A stretch of 64,000 bases of DNA, from positions 1 to 64,000 of the IMG/VR virus record IMGVR_UViG_3300012979_000039; one strand, given 5' to 3'. The translations under genes were made by a program, and so were the position numbers. The DNA is from a virus. Its lineage: Duplodnaviria; Caudoviricetes. The notes under the pieces are model-generated. The model did not search any database, was not told the origin of the DNA, and saw only the letters and a program-made list of their open reading frames with translations. This document shows positions 1 to 9,095 of this stretch, in pieces; position 1 is the stretch's first letter, and every line of letters starts with the position of its first letter.

Positions 1-144
1 CGTTCCAAAGATTGCATACAGAACGGTCTTTGATGCGATTGCCTTCCTTGATAATCACCCGAAGCTAAAAGAGAAATATAGCCCCTATGTCTGTTCCGTC
101 TGCGGACAATGGCATATAGGGCATTTGCATAAGAGGAAGAAGAA

Positions 145-516
145 ATGAAAAGAAAACCAATACCAAAGATGATCAGGCAACAAGTCTACAAGAAGTACAA
201 CGGACATTGTGCTTACTGCGGATGTGAACTTGACATCAAGGATATGCAGGTTGACCATGTAGAAAGCGTCTATTTTGCAGAATTGGCGCATAAGGAAGTG
301 AATGATACCCTTGATAACTATATGCCCGCTTGCAGGGCTTGTAACTTCTATAAAGGGGCAGGAGGTATTGAACATCTGAGGTGGTGGATTAAGCATACAT
401 TAGAGAAAACTTGTATGCAGACATTCCAATCGAAACTGGCTATGAAGTATGGGATTTTGGAGTTCAAGCCGTGGGATGAAAAGTTTTACTTTGAAAAGAT
501 AGGAAATGCCAAATAA
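145..516 (+). CDS. HNH endonuclease
   Basis: CAYCG...VDH...N..PACRACN..KG zinc-binding HNH pattern. Confidence 0.85.
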   Translation: MKRKPIPKMIRQQVYKKYNGHCAYCGCELDIKDMQVDHVESVYFAELAHKEVNDTLDNYMPACRACNFYKGAGGIEHLRWWIKHTLEKTCMQTFQSKLAMKYGILEFKPWDEKFYFEKIGNAK

Positions 517-700
517 AGGGAAATATGGACCAATGAAGAAACACTGCACATCTTGTGCGTATGCAACAATAGGCTCTAACGGATATGCTTATTGTCGTAT
601 TCACATGGAAAGATATTTCCCTTCTCATTGGTGCGAAAGTCATATTGACACAAGAAGCAATAAAGGTAAAGAAATACTAAAGAGTTTTAAGAAATGGTAA
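506..700 (+). CDS. small Cys/His-rich hypothetical protein
   Basis: 64-aa ORF overlapping the HNH stop; CxxC and CxxH motifs. Confidence 0.55.
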   Translation: MPNKGKYGPMKKHCTSCAYATIGSNGYAYCRIHMERYFPSHWCESHIDTRSNKGKEILKSFKKW

Positions 701-838
701 AATATAGCGAACTACAAATCGGAGACTATGTGTTAGTCTCCGGCACTCCACGCAGGGTGGAATCCATCACAAAGAAGAGGAGTGGCTATTGAATATGCCA
801 ATGAAAGAGTTTAAGATATTCGGAAAAACATTTAAGAA

Positions 839-1072
839 ATGACTTACTGGACTAACTTGCAAGGCTTCGGCAGGACGAGCATTGAATTAAATGACCGGGA
901 TGTGATTATTATCGGTCCCGGTCTTATCTATACCACTAAGCACAACGGGAGCGAATATAGCATAAAAAGCCGATTTGCGCCTGAAAGCGAGGAGGAAGAT
1001 GCGCTTATAGATATGTGCCAGGACTTGCACCGAACATGCCTTAAACTCGCCGAAAAAACGGCAATGGATTAG
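839..1072 (+). CDS. hypothetical protein
   Basis: 77-aa ATG ORF co-oriented with its neighbours. Confidence 0.55.
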   Translation: MTYWTNLQGFGRTSIELNDRDVIIIGPGLIYTTKHNGSEYSIKSRFAPESEEEDALIDMCQDLHRTCLKLAEKTAMD

Positions 1073-1135
1073 AAATATTTTTTAGATTTAGAACTTATTT
1101 TTAATTTTACCCTCTCAAAGATACTACACGGATAT

Positions 1136-2047
1136 ATGGAAGGTTGGATAAAGATAAGCAGAGAACTCCCAAAACATTGGATATGGTGCGATGCAGAGCG
1201 ACTGAAATGGTGGCTTGATTTGCTGTTGAGTGCATCGTGGGAAGACACCGAAATGATGCACGACGGCAATAAGTTTACGCTCAAAAGAGGGCAGTTGATC
1301 GCACCGGTTTCACTTCTTGCAAAAAGGTGGGGAAAGAGTGCCCCTACTATAATAAGATTTCTCAAGTTGCTTGAATCAGAAGGCATGATTTTTAGGCAAA
1401 CTCTTTATAGGCAAACATCAGTGCTAACTATTTGTAACTATGCAAGTTATCAAGACTGCGTTAATACCCAAGTTGATACCTTAGTTGATACCCAAGTTGA
1501 TACCTTAGTTTATAGTAATAAAGAAATTAAAGAAATATTATTAAAAAAAGATATATCTAAAGATATATCCAAAAAAAGAAACGAACCCCTAAAAACCGAA
1601 GAAAATGACGAATCAGATTTGCCGCTTTTTGCCCCCGGAGAAATCGAAGAAAAAGACATCCCGCAAGAGTTTGTTGACAGGTGGAACAACGCGGTAAAAC
1701 TCCATGCCGGAATACTCCCAAAAGTCGCACGGTTATCCGACGCAAGGAAAGAGAAGATCATGACCCGCTACGAGGAGTTCAAGGAATGCGGCAACCCTTT
1801 GGAGGTGTTTGACACTATCATTCAGAAATGCTTCGCAAGCACTTTCCTGACACAGCAATGGAAGGTCCAGTTCGACTGGCTGTTCCAGAACGACAAGAAC
1901 TGGATAAAGGTTTACGAAGGCAACTACGACAATAACCCAATCAATACTACACAGGACAATGGAAACAATAGCGACGACCGTTACGCTGCACGTAGAAGAA
2001 CTGAAACAAAAGCTACTTCGTGGCAAGACTATTCAGAGGTCTTTTAA
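1136..2047 (+). CDS. phage replication initiator (replisome organiser, lambda O/DnaD-like)
   Basis: N-terminal GWIKISREL..HWIW and LKRGQLI..LAKRWG winged-helix pattern; C-terminal W...FDWLF..KNW.KV.EGNYD; internal iterons; followed by a DnaC-like gene. Confidence 0.8.
   Translation: MEGWIKISRELPKHWIWCDAERLKWWLDLLLSASWEDTEMMHDGNKFTLKRGQLIAPVSLLAKRWGKSAPTIIRFLKLLESEGMIFRQTLYRQTSVLTICNYASYQDCVNTQVDTLVDTQVDTLVYSNKEIKEILLKKDISKDISKKRNEPLKTEENDESDLPLFAPGEIEEKDIPQEFVDRWNNAVKLHAGILPKVARLSDARKEKIMTRYEEFKECGNPLEVFDTIIQKCFASTFLTQQWKVQFDWLFQNDKNWIKVYEGNYDNNPINTTQDNGNNSDDRYAARRRTETKATSWQDYSEVF
1464..1590. repeat. iteron-like repeats and AT-rich tract (probable replication origin)
   Basis: Alternating 12-bp units ACCCAAGTTGAT/ACCTTAGTTGAT x4 (1464-1510), then an A-rich tract with AAAGATATATC x2, all inside the initiator gene. 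Confidence 0.7.
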
Positions 2048-2627
2048 GTTCCCTCTCACTCATGAGCAGGCACAGGCTGTGCTTCTTGCTTCGTATCAGG
2101 TAGAGGTAGAAAGCAGGGGCAGAAAATATGTCGAGGATGAAGCGACCGTGCAGAATCTTGCGAAACTCGCAGAGGTACTTACGGATGATGGCTACAAGTT
2201 CGGAGTTATGATGTGCGGAATAAGTGGAAACGGAAAGACCACGATGATGAACGCCCTGAAAGGTGCGATACAGTTGTTGAGCAACAGCAGTCTATTTGAG
2301 AAGCCTTGCCGACTGGAGGTGATTGACGCGATAGAACTTTCCGCTCTGTATGCTCGTAACGAAGAAAGATATCTTGAGTTCCGCAAGTCTCCGTTGCTCG
2401 GTATAGAGGATATGGGCAGGGAGCCGAGGGAGGTTCAGGTCTATGGTAACGCATACAATCCGATAATAGAACTGCTTGAATACCGATACGCCCGTCAACT
2501 ATTTACTGTGATTACCACAAACCTTGAGGCAAAGGAAGTCCGAGAGAAGTACGGACCAAGGATAGCCGACAGGTTCAACGAAATGCTAAAAGTCATAATA
2601 TTCAAAAACCCCACATATCGAAAGTGA
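1959..2627 (+). CDS. DnaC/IstB-like ATPase (helicase loader)
   Basis: Walker A GISGNGKT; LGIEDMGRE; LLEYRY..QLFTVITTNL; RIADRFNEM. Confidence 0.85.
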   Translation: METIATTVTLHVEELKQKLLRGKTIQRSFKFPLTHEQAQAVLLASYQVEVESRGRKYVEDEATVQNLAKLAEVLTDDGYKFGVMMCGISGNGKTTMMNALKGAIQLLSNSSLFEKPCRLEVIDAIELSALYARNEERYLEFRKSPLLGIEDMGREPREVQVYGNAYNPIIELLEYRYARQLFTVITTNLEAKEVREKYGPRIADRFNEMLKVIIFKNPTYRK

Positions 2628-2749
2628 TAAGCATTCCGCTATTTTTGCCGGTTTTCTTTAAGTTTTAGCGGTGAAAAGGATTGAGATATATAATTTATTA
2701 TCCAAGAAAAGAAAATGGCTCAAATCGGCGCAAATTTAGTTTGCTCACG

Positions 2750-2781
2750 AAGTGATTGTATTAAAAACATTTTTACCTTTG
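2750..2781 (+). promoter_or_regulatory. Bacteroidetes-type promoter with upstream AAGTGATT box
   Basis: TACCTTTG at 2774-2781; AAGTGATTGTA at 2750. Confidence 0.6.
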
Positions 2782-2800
2782 CAGTTGAAACGATTTGAAG

Positions 2801-3223
2801 ATGTACAAGAGGAAAGGATATAACAAGTACGGAGCAAAGAAATGTAGCCTTATGGGTGCTTCCTTCGACTCAAGACTTGAGGGTAACAGGGCTATCTTTC
2901 TTCTTGGTGCATTGAAAGAGGGCAAGATTAGAAATCTCCGCAGGCAGGTTGAGTTTGAGTTGATACCGAAGCAGACTTACAAGGTTGAGAAGCAGCTCAA
3001 GACAAAGGTCAAGGAAGTGGAGAGGGTCGCAGAGCAGAAATGCTGTTATGTAGCAGACTTTGTGTATGAGAAGCGAATGCCTGATGACACTTGGCAGACA
3101 GTTGTCGAAGATACAAAGAGCCCAGTTACGAAGACCGGAGAATATGTAATCAAGCGGAAGTTAATGCTTTTCCGTCACGGGATAAGAATACGGGAGATAA
3201 CCAAGCCCGGAGAAGATATTTGA
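2801..3223 (+). CDS. DUF1064-like PD-(D/E)xK endonuclease/resolvase
   Basis: NKYGAKK...FDSRLE; RQVEFELIP; YVADFVY; VVEDTKS; KRKLM. Confidence 0.8.
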   Translation: MYKRKGYNKYGAKKCSLMGASFDSRLEGNRAIFLLGALKEGKIRNLRRQVEFELIPKQTYKVEKQLKTKVKEVERVAEQKCCYVADFVYEKRMPDDTWQTVVEDTKSPVTKTGEYVIKRKLMLFRHGIRIREITKPGEDI

Positions 3224-3302
3224 CAGAATGAAAACCGGCACTCTATAAACCGTGTAGTAGTATATAATCACACCGAGAGACTGAGCCGGCAGTCTCTCAC
3301 AT

Positions 3303-3374
3303 AGCGAGGTGGAGCAGTAGTAGCTCGCTGGGCTCATATCCCAGAGGTCGATAGTGCGAATCTATCCCTCGCTT
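3303..3374 (+). tRNA. tRNA-Met(CAT), initiator-like, with non-canonical loops
   Basis: Acceptor AGCGAGG/CCTCGCT; D stem GAGC/GCTC; anticodon stem CTGGG/CCCAG with loop CTCATAT; T stem GATAG/CTATC with loop TGCGAAT; no encoded CCA. Confidence 0.9.
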
Positions 3375-3404
3375 CGAGGAACAACAGGGCCGAGCCCCAC
3401 AAAA

Positions 3405-4061
3405 ATGTTAAGAAAAGAAGCATTAAGGTCGATGAATAAGCTGAATGCTTATGAGGTTTTGGATATGCCATTAACGGGCAAAGGAAATCCAATATTGCTA
3501 CCTTGTAATGACATACCTAAGCGTCTGATACCATTCGATAAAGCCTTAAGCACAGTTAAACAAGATGCCTATGTTCACTTCTATCTTGAGGATTATCAAT
3601 TTGAGCGGGTTTGGAGTAAACCGAAGAAATATGTAGATTTGCTCTCAAAGTTTGACGGAGTATTGATGCCGGACTTTAGTGTTTATCTTGATATGCCTGT
3701 TCCTATGCAGAAATGGAATATGTATCGGAATAAGTTTATAGCGAGATTTTTCCAAGATCATGGCGTTAATGTTATACCGATAGTACAAATCGTTATGCCC
3801 TCACTATTTGAGGATATGATTGACGGTTTGCCACAGAATAGTATTCTTGCGGTAAATTGCTCAAATATGGTAAATCGTTATCTCGCAAAGAGGTTATTGC
3901 GTAACGAAATGTTCCAGGTTAAAGAGAGATTGTGCCCAACTCATATTCTTTGTTACGGAATAAACGATGCTCTTTCTGACTTTGATAATACGATATGTTA
4001 CGAGAATGAACGATTTAATAGATTGAGAAATGTTAGCCCCAAGACAAATGCTCCCCGATAA
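3405..4061 (+). CDS. DUF4417-family protein
   Basis: VHFYLEDYQFERVW, PDFSVY.DMP, QKWNMYRN motifs; start could be 3405 or 3432. Confidence 0.75.
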   Translation: MLRKEALRSMNKLNAYEVLDMPLTGKGNPILLPCNDIPKRLIPFDKALSTVKQDAYVHFYLEDYQFERVWSKPKKYVDLLSKFDGVLMPDFSVYLDMPVPMQKWNMYRNKFIARFFQDHGVNVIPIVQIVMPSLFEDMIDGLPQNSILAVNCSNMVNRYLAKRLLRNEMFQVKERLCPTHILCYGINDALSDFDNTICYENERFNRLRNVSPKTNAPR

Positions 4062-4455
4062 CTATGATTCTTTGCCAATCGCAACCAAAGAAATCTTATG
4101 GTGTGGTGTGTTATTATACTATCAACGACCAGATAATTTTAATCGCTATGATTGGATAGAGGAGTTGCTTAATGTGAGCGAGAAAAAGATATATGAAGAT
4201 GAAAATTTTACTTTATATGTAGGTTATGCATCAGAGTATGTTATTGACTTTAAGAATGGGAAAGACGGCTTTTCTGGTGAATTTAATGATTTCTTTTTAG
4301 ACGACGACAGGTGGGAAGAATTAAGTTTAGAAAACAAATTAGGAAAAGAATACAAAGGGGTATCATTGGTCGGATATTTACGACAGCGAGAGTTCCCTAT
4401 AACAGCAGAATTTTGGAATTGGGACAATGGGACACGAAAATTCATTGAGAGGTGA
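4030..4455 (+). CDS. hypothetical protein
   Basis: 141-aa acidic ORF overlapping both neighbours. Confidence 0.55.
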   Translation: MLAPRQMLPDNYDSLPIATKEILWCGVLLYYQRPDNFNRYDWIEELLNVSEKKIYEDENFTLYVGYASEYVIDFKNGKDGFSGEFNDFFLDDDRWEELSLENKLGKEYKGVSLVGYLRQREFPITAEFWNWDNGTRKFIER

Positions 4456-4840
4456 TGATGGCGAATTCATAACGAAAGAGTGGGAAGTCGCAAGAGTCAT
4501 AGGAGGGGTATCTGTGCTACACAATCCTCATCAAGCAGCAGAATTTGACTTGCCTATAAAATCAAATACGGCAAAATATTATTTTAAGCAAAATAAAGAT
4601 GGTGAGATTATACAACTACGCGTCTATGACGAAAATCATAATGCTATGCTTGATATAGATATTAACCCTGCTAAGCCTCACAATAATTTAGAGGCAGGCA
4701 TTTGCCATGTTCATGAGTTTACTGTTATAGACGGGGATATAAAGCGTGCGAAGAAAGCTGCTCGCTATTTAAACGAAGAAGAAGTTAAAAAATATAGCCC
4801 TATCATTGCTTTGGCAAGGCAAGATGCAAGATTCAAATAA
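4427..4840 (+). CDS. putative polymorphic-toxin-like nuclease domain protein
   Basis: QLRVYDEN....DID...H......H.H pattern seen in small RNase-type toxin domains; tentative. Confidence 0.4.
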   Translation: MGHENSLRGDDGEFITKEWEVARVIGGVSVLHNPHQAAEFDLPIKSNTAKYYFKQNKDGEIIQLRVYDENHNAMLDIDINPAKPHNNLEAGICHVHEFTVIDGDIKRAKKAARYLNEEEVKKYSPIIALARQDARFK

Positions 4841-4845
4841 GTTTT

Positions 4846-5325
4846 ATGATAAAGAAACAAGACAAAGTGTTTCTTCAATTCGCGATAGACGAAGCATCGA
4901 AGAACATAGACAATGGCGGTGGACCGTTTGCCGCTGTAATCGTATCACCAAAAGGCGAAGTTGTATGTGTCAAGGGTAACACCGTCACAAGGACGTTTGA
5001 CCCAACGGCCCATGCGGAGATCAACGCAATCAGGCTCGCGTGTAAACTGCACAGGACTTTTTCGCTCAAAGGCTATACCATTTACAGTTCTTGCGAGCCT
5101 TGTCCGATGTGTCTTGGGGCTATCTATTGGGCTGGTATCAGCAGAATTGTCTATGGTGCAAGCGCGGAGGATGCGTCAGAGATTGACTTCTCTGACAAGT
5201 TCATATATGACGAACTTGCCCTGCCAAAGACAAAGCGTTCCGTTCCTATGGAGAGAGGACTGAAAAAAGAAGCACTTGCTCCTTTCGAGAAATGGAAGAA
5301 TACCGAGGGAAAGACTATGTATTAG
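4846..5325 (+). CDS. guaD: nucleoside/guanine deaminase (CDA fold)
   Basis: GGGPFAAVI; DPTAHAE; SCEPCPMCLGAIYWA; FSDKFIYDEL. Confidence 0.8.
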   Translation: MIKKQDKVFLQFAIDEASKNIDNGGGPFAAVIVSPKGEVVCVKGNTVTRTFDPTAHAEINAIRLACKLHRTFSLKGYTIYSSCEPCPMCLGAIYWAGISRIVYGASAEDASEIDFSDKFIYDELALPKTKRSVPMERGLKKEALAPFEKWKNTEGKTMY

Positions 5326-6260
5326 AATGGCATTGTCTTGACTTTTACTGAAAAGAAGTCATAAAGCCTTACGGCATTTTTATATAACCACGCAAACTGA
5401 TTCTGCCAGTCATCTTGGTCGGTATAGTCAGCGGGCGTGGTTAATTGTATAGCACAAGACTTGCAATCGTCTTTACGAAGCCAAGATAGTTCTGACCCTA
5501 TGGCTGCATTCGCTTCGTCTTTAATATTCACATAAAGATACTCGAATTGTTCTTTTGCCTTGTCCCCGTCTAATGTAAGTACCGCCTTAAGGACTTTGCT
5601 GCTGATAATCAGGCTTATGTATATATTGCTTTTGCCGATGGCTATATTCGTCCAATTCTGCGCAAGGGGCTTCTGTAACTTAAACGGAACTCCTTTCTGT
5701 TGCAAGGCATAATCCCTGAATTGCTCCCAGAACGCAATGCGGAGTTTATCTGATTCCTTTAATGCAGTTACGGACTTTGTTGCCCTTTTTAACCACCCAT
5801 TGGGTTTAACAACAGTACGGAAATATGGTATGGCTATCTCTTCATCTGTGACCTTAAGAAGTTGTACTTCGACAGCAAAGAAAAAGCAGCCGGTGCTTGT
5901 GTTGTTGTTAAGCCACTCAACGGCAGCAACGTGTTCTTCTCGGAACGAAGGCGAAATCCATATAAACCTCTGACATTGGAGCCCGGCACAATAGGTAATG
6001 AGTTGTCCAAGGTGATTATGGTCGCTTTGTTCAAGCTGGTTTTCGATGATGATGACGTTATCGGTGTGGGACTCTTTGCAAGTAATGTCTGCACGGAAGT
6101 CTCCGACACTTTGTTCAGTACCTATCAGTTCCAATTCCATTCCTACCGCCGCTCCAAGTGCAGTTAAGTTCTCTTTCTCTGCAAGCCAGTTAGTGAAGTC
6201 AAGGGCTTCGTGTTTCCAGTATTCGCGGGGATTGATAAAAGTGGCGGACTTGAGTTGCAT
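5322..6260 (-). CDS. NucS-like nuclease domain + DUF4268 protein
   Basis: HEALDFTNWL; RADI...IIIENQLEQSDHNHLGQLITY; C-terminal FW..F...PLAQNW DUF4268-like part. Confidence 0.7.
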   Translation of the reverse strand: MQLKSATFINPREYWKHEALDFTNWLAEKENLTALGAAVGMELELIGTEQSVGDFRADITCKESHTDNVIIIENQLEQSDHNHLGQLITYCAGLQCQRFIWISPSFREEHVAAVEWLNNNTSTGCFFFAVEVQLLKVTDEEIAIPYFRTVVKPNGWLKRATKSVTALKESDKLRIAFWEQFRDYALQQKGVPFKLQKPLAQNWTNIAIGKSNIYISLIISSKVLKAVLTLDGDKAKEQFEYLYVNIKDEANAAIGSELSWLRKDDCKSCAIQLTTPADYTDQDDWQNQFAWLYKNAVRLYDFFSVKVKTMPF

Positions 6261-6355
6261 GGCTATGTTATATTATCACGCAAAACTACTGGTTTTATAG
6301 TTAAAATGGAACAAAATGGAAAATTATACCGCTAAAATTAACTGAGATTCCTGCC

Positions 6356-6392
6356 AAGTGATTATGTTGTAATCATTTTATTGTTATCTTTG
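6356..6392 (+). promoter_or_regulatory. promoter with AAGTGATT/GATTA-N5-TAATC box
   Basis: AAGTGATTATGTTGTAATC at 6356; TATCTTTG at 6385-6392; 24 bp before the ATG at 6417. Confidence 0.65.
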
Positions 6393-6416
6393 CCTGAAAC
6401 AAAATCACAAGAATAA

Positions 6417-7313
6417 ATGGCGACAGTAAAGAAGAATCTGAAAGTTGACCTCTTGGAATACAACGAGGGTCAGCTTTCTTTTATTGACGAGGCAACAAAT
6501 AAGCAGGTCGGCTTGCCTCGGAATCCTCGTTTTATAAGAGATACCCGCTTTGAAGCCCTCAAGAAAAGTATTGAGGATGCCCCTGAAATGCTTGACCTCC
6601 GCGAAATCCTTGTATATACTCTCAGTGGTGTAAAAGGCAAGAACGGCAAGTATGTCGTCATAGGCGGTAATATGCGGTTAAGGGCTTGCAAGGAAATAGG
6701 ATATGCGGAGGTCCCTTGTAAGATTCTGGACATTAATACTCCTATGGAGAAATTGAGAGAGTATGCAATCAAGGATAATGAGGCGTTCGGTCAGAACGAT
6801 TTTGACATCTTGGCAAACGAGTGGGATATGGAGGAACTTGTTGATTGGGGAATGGAAGCGGATTATCTTGCCGGAGGCGAGTTGGAAGATTTTGAGGAGC
6901 CTTCTGGCTCAAATGACAATGACGGAGATAATAACACCCATTATTCAAGAAAAATTGAAAGTCCGGTATACGAGATAACGGGTAAAGAGCCTTCCATTGC
7001 GGAGTGTATCAACACGGATAATGTAAAGAAGATGCTGGCTGACATTGATGCAAGTTCTGTATCCGAAGAGCAGAAGGAAATGCTCAGGGCTTGTGCGTAC
7101 AGACATGCCGCTATCAGATTTGATAATATGGCGGAGTACTATGCTCACCAAGGTCCGGAAATGCAAAGACTCATGGAGGATAGTGCACTTGTGATAATCG
7201 ACTTCGACAAGGCAGTCGAAAGGGGATTTGTAGAAATGACGAACAGACTGCTGGACCTTATACCTGGGGAAGAACTCAATAACACTGAACGACCAGACAA
7301 TGATGAAGAATAA
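6417..7313 (+). CDS. ParB/Srx N-terminal domain protein with a conserved C-terminal helical domain
   Basis: NPR.I....F..L.KSI...P; VIGGNMRLRA; acidic linker; C-terminal IESPVYE...AAYRH...AEYYAH...LMEDSALVIIDFDKA. Confidence 0.7.
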   Translation: MATVKKNLKVDLLEYNEGQLSFIDEATNKQVGLPRNPRFIRDTRFEALKKSIEDAPEMLDLREILVYTLSGVKGKNGKYVVIGGNMRLRACKEIGYAEVPCKILDINTPMEKLREYAIKDNEAFGQNDFDILANEWDMEELVDWGMEADYLAGGELEDFEEPSGSNDNDGDNNTHYSRKIESPVYEITGKEPSIAECINTDNVKKMLADIDASSVSEEQKEMLRACAYRHAAIRFDNMAEYYAHQGPEMQRLMEDSALVIIDFDKAVERGFVEMTNRLLDLIPGEELNNTERPDNDEE

Positions 7314-8160
7314 CAGCTTCTGTGCCTTTATTCTAAGCCACGGAAGGCCTAATGGCGTAAAGACATACGAGACACTGCGTAGGCAGGGATATACGGGCAA
7401 GATACGCATTGTTGTTGACGATGAGGATAAATCCATTGAAGAATACCGAAAGCAGTTTAAAGACGAGTTGATAGTGTTCTCAAAGGATGAAGCGGCAAAA
7501 CTGTGTGACCCTATGGATAACTTGGGGAATAGGGGCACACCTCTTTTCGCAAGGAATATGCTGTGGACAATAGCCAAGAATGAGGGCTGCGATTACTTCG
7601 TTGAACTAGATGATGATTACACTGAGTTTATATTCAAATTCACACGGGAGAGGGATTTCATTGGAAAAATCAAGGTTAACGACTTAGACGCTGTATTTGA
7701 TGTTATGGTCGATTTTCTAAAATCCACTCCGACAACGGTGATAGCGGCAGCACAAGGAGGTGATTATATCGGAGGGCCTAAGGCAATGTTCGGTAAAAAG
7801 ATATTCCTGCGCAGAAAGACAATGAATGTGTTTTTCTGCAAGACCGACCGGCCTTTCTACTTTTATGGCACACTTAACGATGATGTCAACTCATACATAA
7901 AGAACGGCAATGCGGGGATACTGCACTTTACGCATAATCTCATATGTGTGCAACAGGGAGCGACACAGCAGAACAAGGGAGGAATCACTGAACTGTATTT
8001 GAAAGTGGGAACTTACAATAAGTCTTTCTATACAGTCATGATATCCCCCACGGCAGCAAAGATTGCTACAATGGGTGTTGAAGATCCAAGAATCCATCAT
8101 AAGATATTGTGGAAATATGCCGTTCCTAAAATAGTATCAGAAAAATACCGAAAGAAATGA
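7300..8160 (+). CDS. GT-A fold glycosyltransferase (GREB1/TAGT-like)
   Basis: FILSHGRP; IVVDDED; ARN; ELDDDY (DxD); G.LNDDVNSY; [11 protein letters not shown]; KSFYTVM; RIHH.I.W..AVPKI. Confidence 0.65.
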   Translation: MMKNNSFCAFILSHGRPNGVKTYETLRRQGYTGKIRIVVDDEDKSIEEYRKQFKDELIVFSKDEAAKLCDPMDNLGNRGTPLFARNMLWTIAKNEGCDYFVELDDDYTEFIFKFTRERDFIGKIKVNDLDAVFDVMVDFLKSTPTTVIAAAQGGDYIGGPKAMFGKKIFLRRKTMNVFFCKTDRPFYFYGTLNDDVNSYIKNGNAGILHFTHNLICVQQGATQQNKGGITELYLKVGTYNKSFYTVMISPTAAKIATMGVEDPRIHHKILWKYAVPKIVSEKYRKK

Positions 8161-9095
8161 CGAAAAGAATACTTGTGGCAGGTGGGGCCGGATTTATTGG
8201 CTCTAATCTTTGCCGTTGTCTTGTAGCAGAGGGACACAAGGTGATATGCGTTGACTCTCTGATAACAGGAAGCAGGCGGAACATTGAGGACTTAATGCTC
8301 CATCCCTTGTTTAGATTCGAGCAAAGGGATATCATCTATTTCAAAGCCTACAAGTGTGCAGTTGATGAGATATACAATCTTGCTTGCCCTGCGTCTCCGG
8401 ACAAATATCAGAAGGATCCGATTCATACCATGCTGACCTCGGTCATAGGAACTATGAATCTTCTTGAGCATGCAAGACTGAACGGAGCCAAACTCCTGCA
8501 GGCTTCAACATCTGAGATATACGGCGATGCACTCGTTCACCCTCAGGATGAGACATACTTCGGTAATGTGAACCCGATAGGGATACGCTCGTGCTATGAT
8601 GAGGGAAAGAGGTGTGCAGAGACGCTGTGCTTTGATTACCGCAACAAGTATGGAGTGGATGCCAAGATAATACGAATCTTCAATACATATGGTCCGGGAA
8701 TGTCTGAGGATGACGGCAGAGTGGTGTCAAATTTTATTATTCAGGCTCTTGAAGGGAAACCATTGACAATCTATGGAACCGGAAAGCAGACACGCTCTTT
8801 TCAGTATATAGACGACCTTATAAGCGGAATGTTGAAAGTTATGGATTCTGAATATGCAGGACCATTCAATATAGGCAATCCTGATGAATTTACAATCCTT
8901 GAACTTGCTCAATTGGTGCGAGAACTTACCGGCTCTACACAGGAACTTGTATATAAAGACCTGCCAAGTGATGACCCGAAGCAGAGAAGACCGGATATCT
9001 CAAAAGCAATCAGCCTGCTTGGGTGGAAGCCGGAAGTCAAATTGAGAGAGGGACTTGAGAAAACTATCCAATATTTTAATGACCGAGTAAAATAA
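8157..9095 (+). CDS. UDP-glucuronic acid decarboxylase (UDP-xylose synthase)
   Basis: GGAGFIGS; [15 protein letters not shown]; ASTSEIYGD; [21 protein letters not shown]; RIFNTYGP; [10 protein letters not shown]. Confidence 0.9.
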   Translation: MTKRILVAGGAGFIGSNLCRCLVAEGHKVICVDSLITGSRRNIEDLMLHPLFRFEQRDIIYFKAYKCAVDEIYNLACPASPDKYQKDPIHTMLTSVIGTMNLLEHARLNGAKLLQASTSEIYGDALVHPQDETYFGNVNPIGIRSCYDEGKRCAETLCFDYRNKYGVDAKIIRIFNTYGPGMSEDDGRVVSNFIIQALEGKPLTIYGTGKQTRSFQYIDDLISGMLKVMDSEYAGPFNIGNPDEFTILELAQLVRELTGSTQELVYKDLPSDDPKQRRPDISKAISLLGWKPEVKLREGLEKTIQYFNDRVK

